Origin: Lama guanicoe
Taxonomy: Eukaryota
DNA: 64,000 nucleotides
Reading direction: 5' to 3'
Assembly (NCBI GenBank): GCA_013239625.1
Contig: MU054001.1
Span: 5,567,078 to 5,631,077 of the forward strand
Part shown: positions 11,615 to 23,554 of the stretch, in pieces
How positions within the stretch are numbered: position 1 is the first letter of the stretch
Layout of the letters: each line of letters opens with the position of its first letter
Notes under the pieces: generated by a model
Told to the model about the DNA's origin: nothing
What the model saw: the letters and a program-made list of their open reading frames with translations, nothing else
Databases searched by the model: none
Position numbers and translations under genes: made by a program

Positions 11615-14600
11615 GTAAAAGGTGGGAGAGGGAAGCAAGAAAATGTAGATTTTCTTTTCATTCATTTTAGGATGTGTCTGAGCCTTTAGACTACCAGTCT
11701 AAAACAAACAGATATAATAATAGATTAACATACTTGAAAAACAGGGTAATGACAAATCAAAAGCATATAATAGAGTCACAAAAAAAAAACAAAAAGAAAC
11801 CTAGCTAATACAAAAAAAATGATCAAACCACAAAAAGAAAAACAAAAAGGAGCAAAGAAGAAATAACAAATCAACTGGAAAACAAAGTTTAAAATGACAA
11901 TAAACACATCTCTATCAGTAATTACCATAAATGTCAGTGGACTAAATGCTGCAATCAAAAGACATAGGGTGGCAGATTGGAAAATAAAACAAGAGCCTAC
12001 AATATGCTGCCTACAAGAGATACACTTTAGGGTGAAGGACACACATAGATTGAAAAAGAGAGGATGGAAAAAAATATTTCATGCAAATGGAAATTACAAA
12101 AAAAGCGGGAATGGCAATACTCATATCAGACAAAATAGACTTTAAAACAAAGGCCATAAAGAAAGATAAAGAAGGACACTATAATGGTCAAAGGAACAAT
12201 ACAAGAAAAGGATATTACACTCGTTAACATATATTCACCCAATATAGGAGCACCTAAATATATAAAACACTAACAGACAAAAAGGAAGAAATTGATGGGA
12301 ACACAATAATAGGAGATTTTAACACCTTCCTGACGTCACTGGACAGATCTCCCAGACAGAAACTCAATAAGACAATGGAGATATGAAATGATGTAATAGA
12401 ACAGTTGGACTTGGTTGATATTTTTAGGACATTATATCCCCCAAAAAACCAGAATATACATTCTTTTCAAGTGCACATGGAGCATTCTCTAGATTAGACC
12501 ACATACTCAGACACAAAAGAAGCCTCAACAAATTTAAGAGGATGGAAATTATTTCAAGCATCTTTTCTGACCACAATGGCATGAAACTAGCAGACAACCT
12601 CAGACAAACAAATGAGGAAAAAAACAACTACATGGAGACTAAACAACATGCTGCTATAAAACCGATGGGTCAAGGATGAAATCGAAGAAATTAAAAAATA
12701 CCTTGAGACAAATGACGGTGAAAACACAACCACACAAAAATCTATGATATGTAGCAAAAAGAGTCCTAAGAGGGAAGTTTATAGCGATACAGGCCTTCCT
12801 CAAAAAAAAGAACAGTCTCAAATAAACAACCTAACCTACCACTGAAAAACATTAGAAAAAGAAGAACAAACAAAACCTAAAGTGAGCAGAAGGAAAGAAT
12901 AAAGATCAGGGAGGAAATAAATAAAATAGAGATTAGAAAAATAGAAAAAATTAAACCAAGAGCTGGTTTTTTGAAAGAGTAAACAAAATTCGACAAACCT
13001 CTGGCCAGGTTCACCAAGAAAAAGAGAGAGAGGACACAAATAAAATAAGAAAGGAAAATGAAGAAATTACAGCTAATACCACAGAAATACCAAAAAAAAA
13101 AAAACTAATAGAATACGATGAACAACTATATATGGCAACAAATTGGGCAACCTAGAAGAAATGGACAAGTTTCTAGAAACATACAGTCCACCAAAACTGA
13201 ATCAAGAAGAAATAGATCATTTGAACAGACTGATCACTAAAAGTGAAGTAGAATCAATAAAAAGCTCCCTGCAAACAAAAGTCCAGGACCAGAAGACTTC
13301 ACTGGGGAATTCTATCAAACATACAGAGAACTCATACTGATCCTTCTCAAACTCTTCCAAAAGATTGAAGAGGAGGAATTACTCCCAAACTCATTCTATG
13401 AAGACACCATCACTATGATACCAAAACCAGGCAAAGACACTACCAAAAAAGAAAACTACAAGCCAGTATCATTGATGAACATAGATACAAAAATTCTCAA
13501 CAAAATATTAACAAACAGAAATCAACAACACATAAAAAAGATCATACACTATGATCAAGTTGGATTCATCCCAGGGACACAAGGATGGTTCAACATATAC
13601 AAATTAATCAATGTGATACATCACATCAACAACAAAAAAGCATAAAAATTACATGATCATCTCAATAGTTGCAGAAAAAGCATTTGATAAAATTCAGCAC
13701 CCATTTATGATAAAAATTCTTACCACAGTGAGTATAGAGGGAACATATCCCAACATAATAAAAGCTATTTATGACAAACCTACAGCCAGCATAATGCTCA
13801 GTGGTGAAAAGTTGAAAGCCTTCCCACTAAAGTCAGGAACAAGACAAGGATACCCACTCTCAACAACTCTATTCAACATAGTATTGGAAGTCCTAGCCAT
13901 AGCAATCAGGCAAGAAGAAGAAATAAAAGGGATCCAAATTGGAGGAGAGGAGGTAAAATTGTCACTATATGTGGATGACATGATACTCTTATATAGAAAA
14001 CCCTAAAGGCTCCACACAAAAACTGATAGAGCTAATAAAAGAATTCAGCAAGGTAGCTGATTAGGATACAAGATTAACATACAGAAATCAGTCATATTTC
14101 TTTACACTAACAATGAAATATCAGAAAAGGAAAGTAAAGAAACAATTCCTTTTAAAATTGCATCCAAAAAAATAAAATACTTAAGAATAAATCTGACCAA
14201 GGAGGTGAAAGACTTATACATGGAGAACTGTAAAACATTGATTAAAGAAATTAAAGATGACTTAAGAAATGGAAAGATATCCCATGCTCTTGGATTGGAA
14301 GAATTAATATTGTTTAAATGACTGTACTACCCAAAGCAATCTACAGATTTGATGTGATCCCTATCAAATTACCCAGGACATTTTTCACAGAACTAGAACA
14401 AATAATCCTAAAATTTATGTGAAATCACAAAAGACCCAGAACTGCCAAGTAATACTGAAGAAAAAGAACGAAGGTGGAGAAATAACCTGCCCAGATTTCA
14501 GATGGTACTACAGAGCTATAGTAATCAAAACAGCATGGTATTGGCACCAAAACAGATATGGATCAATGGAACAGAAGAGAGAGTCCAGAATAAGCAGACC

Positions 14601-16044
14601 TATGGTCAGTTAATCTTAGACAAAAGAGGCAAGACTATACAATGGAGAAAAGACAGTCTCTTCAGCAAATGGTGTTGGGAAAACTGGACAGCTGCATGTA
14701 AATCAGTGAAATTAGAACACTCCCTCACTCCACACACAAAAATAAACTCAAAATAACTTAAAGGCTTAGATATAAGACAAGACACTATAAACCTCCTAGA
14801 AGAAAACATAGGCAAAACAGTTTCTGATGTAAATCTTAGCAGTGTTCTCCTAGGACAGTCTACCTAGGCAATAGATAGAAAAGCAAAAATAAACAAGTGA
14901 GACCTAATTAAACTTACAAGCTTTTGCACAGCAAAGGAAACCATAAGCAAAATAAAACAACAACCTACAGAATAGGAGAAAATATTTGCAAATGATGTAG
15001 CTGACAAAGGTTTAATTACCAGAATATATAAACAGGTCATACAGCTTAATAACAGCAACAACAACAACAACAAAAAAAAACCCAGCAGCCCAATCCAAAA
15101 CAGGGCAGAAGACCTAAACGAGCAATTCTCCAATAAAGGAAGACATACAAATGGCTAACAAGCACATGAAAAAATGCTCAGTGTAGCTAATTATCAGAGA
15201 AATGCAAATCAAAACTACAGTGAGGTATCATCTCACATCAGTCAGAATGGCTACCATTAAAAAGTCCTCAAACAATAAATGCTGAAGCAGGTGTGGAGAA
15301 AGGGTTGCCCTCCTACACTGCTGGAGGGAATGCAGTTTGGTGCAGCCATTATGGAAAACAGTATGAAGATTCCTCAAAAAACTAAAAATAGACTTACCAT
15401 ATGATCCAGCAGTCCCATTCCTGGGCATATATCCAGAGAGAACTCTAATTCAAAAAGACGCATGCACCCCAGTGTTCATAGCAGCACCATATACAATAGG
15501 CAAGACATGGAAACACCCTAAATGTCCATTGACAGTAGGACTGGATAAAGAAATGGTGGTATGCTCATACAATGGAATACCACTCAGCCATAAAAAAAAT
15601 AAAATAATGCCATTTACAACAACATGGGTGGACCTGGAGATTGTCTTCCTAAGTGAAGTAAGCCAGAAGAGGAAAGAAGAATACCATATGATATCACTCA
15701 TATGTAGAATCTAGGAAAAAAACAGAAAAGAAGACGCTAATGGACTTATCTACAAAACAGAAACAGACTTACAAAGTAAACAAACTTATGGTTACTGGGG
15801 GAAAGGGGGTGGGAAGAGATAAATTTGGGGCTCAGGATTTCTAGACATTAAGTACTATATATAAAATAGAACAAGTTTCTTCTGAATAGCACAGGGAACT
15901 ATATTCAATATCTTGTAGTAACCTGTAATGAGAAAAATCATGAAAATGAATATATGTATGTATATGTGTGGCTGAAATATTATGCTATACAACAGAAATT
16001 GACAAAACATTGTAAACTGACTATACTTCAATTTTAAAAAAAAA
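11615..16044 (+). mobile_element. 5'-truncated LINE-1 (inter-ORF spacer, disrupted ORF2, 3'UTR, A tail) in N4BP1 intron 4, sense orientation
   Basis: ORF fragments MTINTSLSVITINVSGLNAAIKRHRVADW (endonuclease N-terminus), [34 protein letters not shown] (RT); many frameshifts; L1 3'UTR and A run at 16036-16044. Confidence 0.97.
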
Positions 16045-18226
16045 TTTTTTTAAAGGAAAACATGACTGAGAATCTATAAGTAAAAGCAGATAATGAGTTG
16101 TAGTGTTTTTTGATACTTGCTAAAAGTAATGCTTGTCTTGTCTTAGTGTAGCAGCCTCAAGAGTGGTTTTCAGACATACTCTATCTCCTCCTGGTTATAT
16201 TTGGCCAGTGACTTAGTCTGTCATTGTGATGCTGGAGTCCTCAGTATTTCCTCCACATAATAGAAGATGGTGTCAGCTGACCCTCAAGTTAACAGGAATA
16301 AGCTGCATTCCTTAGGTTGTTATGTTGCTCAGAGAGCAGGTGCATCTGAGACAACCAGCTTTAATACTCACCTTTCAATTTTTTTCTGAAACCTTTACTG
16401 AGACCAGCCAAATCCAATGTGTAGAGCCGGGCTCCAGGAACCCAGGATTCACATGTACTCCCTGCCCTAAGAAGTTTTTGATCCGGAAGAGAAGGCACAC
16501 AAATAAGTAATGGAGGCGAATTCTGCTGTAGTAGATAAGAGAAGGTTCCACAAAACCAGTGGCATTAAAACGGGTTTTTCAAACCATCCTTTTGTGATGA
16601 GAGCTCAGAGCCCTCAAGTGTCCGCAGGAGCATAAGCGGTGGGTGTTCTCTCCTCTCCTGCATTCCTCCTCCTCCTCCTCACTCCGGCTTCTAGCACTTA
16701 AGCCCCTGCTGGTTTTGCCTCAGTCTTTTACCGCAGTGCTCCCCCACAGTGAAGACAGTGCTTAGCTTGGAACCCAAGCTAGTGAGCGATCGTTAGATGG
16801 GTGAGAAATAGAAAGAGGGGCTTGGCAGGGGAATGGGACTTGGGGTGACAGCAGGCATTCATTCAGCAAAAGATCCAGAGGGCATTCTCACTGATAGCCC
16901 CTTGCCCTTCACGAGGCTGAAATGAAACAATCAGAGGCAACTTGAAAGGCGAGTGTGGGAGGAAGCACACCAGGAGAGGGGCATGGATGGGAAGGTCCTG
17001 GGAGACTGGGATGGAGGGACACCTCTGGCTCCAGCTCTGAGATACTGGTAGGGACCCTGAAGTGCTCAGCTAAAAGACAGGTTTGGCTGTTGGGCTCATG
17101 AAGAGCCTTCAGATGCTCCAACACTGCAGCTTCATTCTCACACCAGCAGGATTTGAACGCATACACAAGTATGCAGACTAGGCTTCTGCTTAATTTATAT
17201 AGCTCTCTGGGTTCTTACTGGGCATGAATATATGTCCTGATTCATAGTACATGCACAGAATCCTTACTACTTGTTTTTGTTAATACCTCTAGGCAAACGT
17301 CACCACTTGCAGTTTATGCCAGTTAGAAATAAGTTGTAAGGTATTCATTAATAAATTCACAATGCTAAATAATATTTACTTCCCAAGGTTTCCTAATATT
17401 TCTGAAACTAATGAGGCTTGCTTCTTAATCCCCTTAAAGTACTCACTACTAATGAATCTATTAATAAAAGCAATTGTTTAAACCTTTAATTCCAGTGATT
17501 CTCTTATTGTTTAATTATCTTTGTCTACATTGCCTCAGACAAATACGATCATCTTAACTAAGGGATAAAACTCATGCTATCCTCACAAATCTCTCATTAA
17601 GAGAGTTTGAACAAGAATAATTTCCAAGAACAAAATAGAATTCTCCTAATAATCCTTACACTTTTTTTATCACCATGTATCTTTTAATAATTTGCATTTG
17701 AGTGCACCTATAACTTGGGCTAAAGCATATGGCAGTTCTAGATATCTCTTAAGTCAGAGCAGAAAATGTGAGCTTAGGCATTTAAAAAAAAAAATTATAA
17801 GGCTGACTGCCAAGTGGCTAATCTTAGAACCAAAGTAGTGTAGCTTAGCAACTAAACACGAATAGTGATTTCACAGGCTTGTCAACTCTGATTTCATTCT
17901 CTGCTCTATCGTGCATTATCTAACTACCGGCCTTTATTGATAGTACAAGTTCTCTAGAAAAATGTATAAATTCTGGTTGAGATCATTTTTAAAAAGTGTG
18001 TGAAAACCAGACCTTCATTTATAATCACTCCAATAATTTCAGATGTGTTCAACATTTCAGATTCATCTTCAGCTGACAAGGGCTTAACTTTTCTGCTTCT
18101 GAGCCTTGGTTAAATTCTTCGCTGATTTTCCTTATGAGGAGGAAGTCCTTTCGTTTTCTTATAATACAGCTTCTCTGAGCCAGGGATGCCTGCTTGCCCA
18201 TTTTAACCACTCTTATATTACCATAG

Positions 18227-18334
18227 GTTTCTGCTACACTTAGCGGACAAAACTGGTGGCATAATTGTAACAAATGATAACTTCAGAGAATTTGTGACTG
18301 AGTCAGCCTCTTGGAGAGAAATAATTACAAAAAG
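18227..18334 (+). CDS. N4BP1: N4BP1 exon 5 (NYN domain, IVTND motif)
   Basis: ccatag|G TTT CTG = [35 protein letters not shown](R); donor AG|gtaata; 108 nt. Confidence 0.97.
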
Positions 18335-19964
18335 GTAATATTTTCTTCTCTGTCTTTGGTCAGAAATTTTTTGTTGTTGTTTATTGTTTGGTTTTGTTTG
18401 TTTTGTGTCCACCTTGGAAGCAGTATAGGAGATCAAAGCATCATAGGACTGTACTCCCAGTCCACAGGATGGCTGGCCCCTGTCGGTAAGTGGGAGGACC
18501 CAGCACAAAGCAGCAACACCAGCAGGTGCTATGTGAGCATGCTCTGGTGCCCATAGGTGTCTGCTGTAGATCAGTGTTCTGGCAAGAGGCACGTCTTTGT
18601 GGCACAGTTAGCTCTCTGTTAACCATGTGGTGGAGCAGAAATGGCTGCCTAACTTGACCTTGCCCTGATGCTGAGGGATACTTGAGCAAAAGCCATCAGG
18701 CATCCCTGCTTTACTCAGCTATGAAATAATGAAGGTTGAGTTTAATAGCAGCTGTGATCCCAGCCACAGGATAGGACCAAAATCAATATGCTAATTGAGT
18801 TTTCACTTTGGGGAGAAAGGCGAATGTTTCTTCTTTTTAATATCTGATGCTTTTCCTGAGCATTTTACCATCAAAGTTTAGTCATCTGTATTGCAAACAT
18901 GTTGAATATCATGGAAAATAGCAAAGTAAAGTCAAAAGAGTTTTGCATTCACTACTGTTTAAGTTTTTGTTTATAATGATACTCTGAATGTGTTCAACTG
19001 CATTAAGATCAGTGAACACAGACTTCTGGGACTTTTTTGTTAACAAGCGTCACCTGACAAGTTACCTTGAAATGAAAAGCAGTAATAGTTTCATGGTAGT
19101 AGTGCCAGGGATGAGTCATAAATGCCACAAATCTAAAAAATGTACCTCGAGGCTGTGTGTATCTAGTGTAACTAGTATATAGCCAGTGTAACTAGATACT
19201 TGGGTTTCACAGTTGCCCCTTGTCTAATGTTTATATTTTGTTGAATCATTATGAGGATTTTAGAAAATTATTATTTGATTCATCATTTTAGAAAATAATA
19301 CCTAGGTAAGAGTTAACTACTGTGTGCCTTTTGACCCATCTGCTGTTAAAAAACTGTTGCTGGTAGCTGAACTGAGAATTGGTCTTTGACCTTCTGGGCA
19401 CAGTTAACAAGCCATTAATCTTCTAGGATGTGTTTCTCTTGGATCTGTGCCCTGGGCTCATTGTCAGTATTTGTTGGACGCTCTTCCATGTACGCATGGA
19501 AGGTTTAATGCATTCAAGACTCATTTGCACACCCCTGTTGCTCTCAGAATTCACAAAATAAGGCAGAAACCAAAGTCCTGACAACAGACCAGACACTTGG
19601 ACTTCTTTCTTGTTTAAACATTTTTGTAGACTTGATAAAATCATGCTCAGCTGAGCTCAGCTTTTCTTTCTTCATATACTGTTTTCCTTTGCCTGTGGAC
19701 TCATTCAGAAATTAAACCTGTTGAACACCTGTTGTATCCTAAGCTGCCAGTGTTTCAGTCTTGCCTTTCAAAGTTGTATTGAAAGTTACATTAGGAGAAG
19801 AAGCTGCTTCCCAGGCCCAGGTAAAACTCTGAAAGCCTTGATAAGAAACAGGAGAGACAATAGACAGAAGTTTCTTATTGTATTTGTATTCAAAAGAGAA
19901 AGTAAAATGGTTTGCTGTGCTAGGGTGTATTTGGTTTTTTTTAGGCCGTTAAGCAGTCTTTTAA

Positions 19965-20237
<273 letters not shown>

Positions 20238-20687
20238 TAAAATAGCCTTAGATTTAGTACTCGTGAAATACATGTGGAATAGCTTTGAGGTAGAAGCACC
20301 CCAAAGACCAAATCTTCATTTGCAATCCTTTTGGTTTTAATCCCAGGAGAAGATGGGGAGCCAAACTTTCTGTAGGCTGAAAAAGACAAAGCAGATTTTG
20401 CTGGTAGTTACTTACTAGTGCATATCGCTTTGGCTCATTATGTGTATGTGAATTTCTTTTTTTAAGTTCATGTTCCCAACTCATTTGCTTTGAATAGTTT
20501 ATGCTTGTATTAATTTATTTACTCTTCAGGAGTCTTTATCTGGGAAACTGCAACTTTCTACCACCACTAATAGAGAAGCCAGTATACCACATTTATCCAA
20601 AATTGATCTGATAGTTTAGATTTTCTTTGTTGTAGTTTGGAGTTTTTTTTATTTGTGTTTAAAGACATGTTGCTACTGGTCATTTCT

Positions 20688-20844
20688 TTTTTTTTTTTTT
20701 TTCCTTTTTTTTTTTAAGACCTTTTGAGGGGGGTGGTAATTAGGTTTATTTACTTATTCATTTTTTAACAGAGGTACTGGGGGTTGAACCCAGGACCTTG
20801 TGCATGCTAAGCACGCGCTCTACCACTAAGCTATACCCTCCCTC
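20688..20844 (-). mobile_element. tRNA-derived SINE (same family)
   Basis: A/B boxes, T-run tail; TSD tgctactggtcatttct 20671-20687 / tgctagtggttgtttct 20845-20861. Confidence 0.9.
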
Positions 20845-21097
20845 TGCTAGTGGTTGTTTCTGTTTTCAGAATTCTCAAGAAATGGACATTATTAAGTAAA
20901 GCATCCTAAGTGCTTAACTGGCTGATCATACACTCCAGTGATAGACCTGTTCTCTTTTAAAACTGAAATAGGCTACATTTCTGTGTATTTCTCAGCAGAT
21001 ATTTGCATGGGGGTGTTGTGGAGATCTAAACTGAAAGGAAGTCAGATGCACAGGTCTCCCAGCTTTTTAAGGCAATGAGACTACATAGCTGATCCTT

Positions 21098-21155
21098 TCC
21101 ATTTATAATGGGGTCCTTAGAAGGCCTCCATTTATAATGGGGTCCTTAGAAGGCC
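21098..21155. repeat. Perfect 29-bp tandem duplication in intron 6
   Basis: tccatttataatggggtccttagaaggcc twice, identical. Confidence 0.95.
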
Positions 21156-22198
21156 TCTAGGTTTGGATTGGAAAGGGCCAGTGGTTAGACAGAGCTGTCT
21201 TCTGCACAGGGTAGCAGCCTGATTTCAGCTCCCCAGTCTTGTGAATCATTTCTCTCTTGAGCCTTCAGGTTTTATTGCACAGATGAGGACTTGGTTCCCA
21301 AGGTCCTGCTTCTCTACCTACGCCAAGAGAATGGCAGTCATTTTTAACACCTGCTAGATGTCTGCACATCTCATTTTTCTTCCAGAAGTCTTAACTTGGA
21401 AATCCTCTGATAGGCTTTAAGACGTGATGAGGCGTGTGTGCAAGCATCAAGGTCCACTGGTCAGATTTAATGGAAGTAGAGTTCTCTGGCCCCTTCTATG
21501 GCCTCAGCAGCTGGCAGCAGCGTCAGTTCTGCCTGCTCACCTAATGGCTCTTTACAAAAATGTTACCTAATTGGTTAAGAAGATAGTAATGGCTTCCCCC
21601 ACAGAAGGAATGAGCTGTTGAAGTTGGGGATAGTGTTCAGCCAGCCCCATTTCTCAGCTGCAAGCCAGAGTCAGGTGCAAGACTTTGTAATGGTGCAGAT
21701 GCCCTGTACATACACACTCATGTGCGCACAAGTTGTGGGCACCAGTGTCTCACCCAGACTTGGGGGATTGGGGAGGCAGCCTCTCTGCCCAAAGTGGGTT
21801 CCTTTTTCTGAGCCCCATCATCCAGGGCCCCACAGAGAATCAAATCTGCAGAAGAGTAGGGCCCTGTTTCCAGATCTTTTGAAAGCTCCTAGGTGATTCT
21901 GGTACACCCTGGTTTAGAGCCAAGCAGCTGGATGGGATCAGTCCTACAGCAGCAGGGAGGTGGAGTCGCCCAGGAAGAGCTGTCTTCCCTGTCACAGCCA
22001 GTCTGGGGACGGTGTCGGTGGCATCCCTGCGGTCCCCGCTGTGGGAGGCTGCCATCCCTGCCTGGGCTGCACGCCTGTATCTTGTCTTCAGAAGCCAGGG
22101 AGCAGCCCCTGGAGCCTCAAGGTCAGCTGCAGATATTTTTAGATGGATTTCTTGTTTATCTTATAACCCAGCTCACTAGGACTTGCTTCCATTCACAG

Positions 22199-22556
22199 AG
22201 ATATGCAGCCCCTACTCAACGCCCTGCCAAACGTGGGCATGTTTGACCCCAGCTTCAGAGTCCCTGGCGCCCAGGTAGCCAGCACCAGCCACCAGCCTCC
22301 AGCCCGGATTCAGGGCACCCCACCCAGCCACTGGCTTCCTCAGCAACCCCGCTTCCCACTTTTGCCAAACCTTCCCAGCCTCCAGCAGAATCTGCCCCTG
22401 CCAGCACAGAGATCTTCTGCAGAAACCAACGAGCTGAGGGAAGCCCTTCTGAAGATCTTCCCTGACTCAGAGCAAAGACTGAAAATCGACCAGATCTTGG
22501 CGTCTCACCCGTACATGAAAGACCTGAATGCGCTCTCTGCCATGGTGTTAGACTGA
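22199..22556 (+). CDS. N4BP1: N4BP1 last coding exon (Pro/Gln linker and C-terminal CUE-like/CoCUN ubiquitin-binding domain), stop TGA
   Basis: cattcacag|A GAT ATG = [23 protein letters not shown]...[44 protein letters not shown]; matches ORF 22203-22556. Confidence 0.97.
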
Positions 22557-23128
22557 GGGCCATCGGGATCCGGGGCTCTGGGCTGAAGACGCACTCAAGC
22601 TGGTATCTGCACGTGGCAGCAGGAAGTGACATAATGTGAAGAAACCGATTTCCCGGTGGAAATGCTGTTGTAGTATATAGAAAAAAACCAGATGTTTTGT
22701 GTATTAAAAAAATCTGGGTTTTCAAAACCAGCTTTTTTCTATATATAAATTATGCTGCTATTACAGATTTAACATTTTCTGTAAAAGGAAAGTCTACATT
22801 TTCTGCCTGTTCAGGAACTGTTTAATAGCAGTTACTCTTGAGTGTACTTACATTTTTATGTTTTTTAAACTATTTTCCTTAAAGCTGAAAATATTGACAA
22901 ATGGATATGATTAGCCTTTCTAAATAAAAAAAAAAAGAGTTGCTTTCTTAGGGAAAGCAAGACCTCTTAAAATATATTTTCTTGAGATGACTGTGTCACG
23001 TCCACTAACATGAAGTGTGCTCACCTCTTCCAGCCCCCTCTGCCCTCACCCCTGGAATTAGAGCCCGAAGGAGTTGGTTTTGCTCCTTTGGGGTCTTTCA
23101 TTGGAGCCATTTGTGAGAGTGGACAAGT

Positions 23129-23147
23129 GGTGCCACTAGATGGCACC
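23129..23147 (+). promoter_or_regulatory. Candidate CTCF motif, also a palindromic stem-loop
   Basis: GGTGCCACTAGATGGCACC contains CCACTAGATGGCAC, fitting consensus CCACYAGRKGGCRS. Confidence 0.5.
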
Positions 23148-23548
23148 TTGTGCCCAGCCATTGTTAATGACCAGGGCAAAGTTAGCCGCACAGTGTCAGG
23201 GCTGGAAGAACCTTGAGAGCTCACGCAGCCCAGCACCCCCCGCCCCCCCGCAGAGGAGCACACCAGGGCTCCGAGTGCTCCCTGTCTGGGTTCACCCAAG
23301 TCCACTGCTGGGGACCGGATTCCTCGTCCAGGGCTCAGCCACACACACCAGGCTGAGACCTCACTGTCCCTCACTGACTCTCGAGTCACGTCTTAGCCTC
23401 TGAAGGTGATAGTGGGATGTGAGGAAGTTCAGTGAAAAGCCTCGTCGCTATAGTAATTTTGTGTCCCCAACCGTGGGAGACACCCCATGTGAAATTTGTG
23501 CAGCTTTGCCAAAAAAATAGTTTTCTATTCTCAAGAATGACCCAAGCC

Positions 23549-23554
23549 AATAAA
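23549..23554 (+). terminator. Candidate polyadenylation signal
   Basis: AATAAA followed ~35-60 nt later by GU/U-rich tgtgtttatttttcctgtgtttgtctc. Confidence 0.6.

Noticed and set aside
22923..22937. AATAAA as the main poly(A) site
   Set aside because: Merges into a genomic A run (internal-priming risk) and has a weaker downstream element than the 23549 site; cannot be supported from sequence alone.
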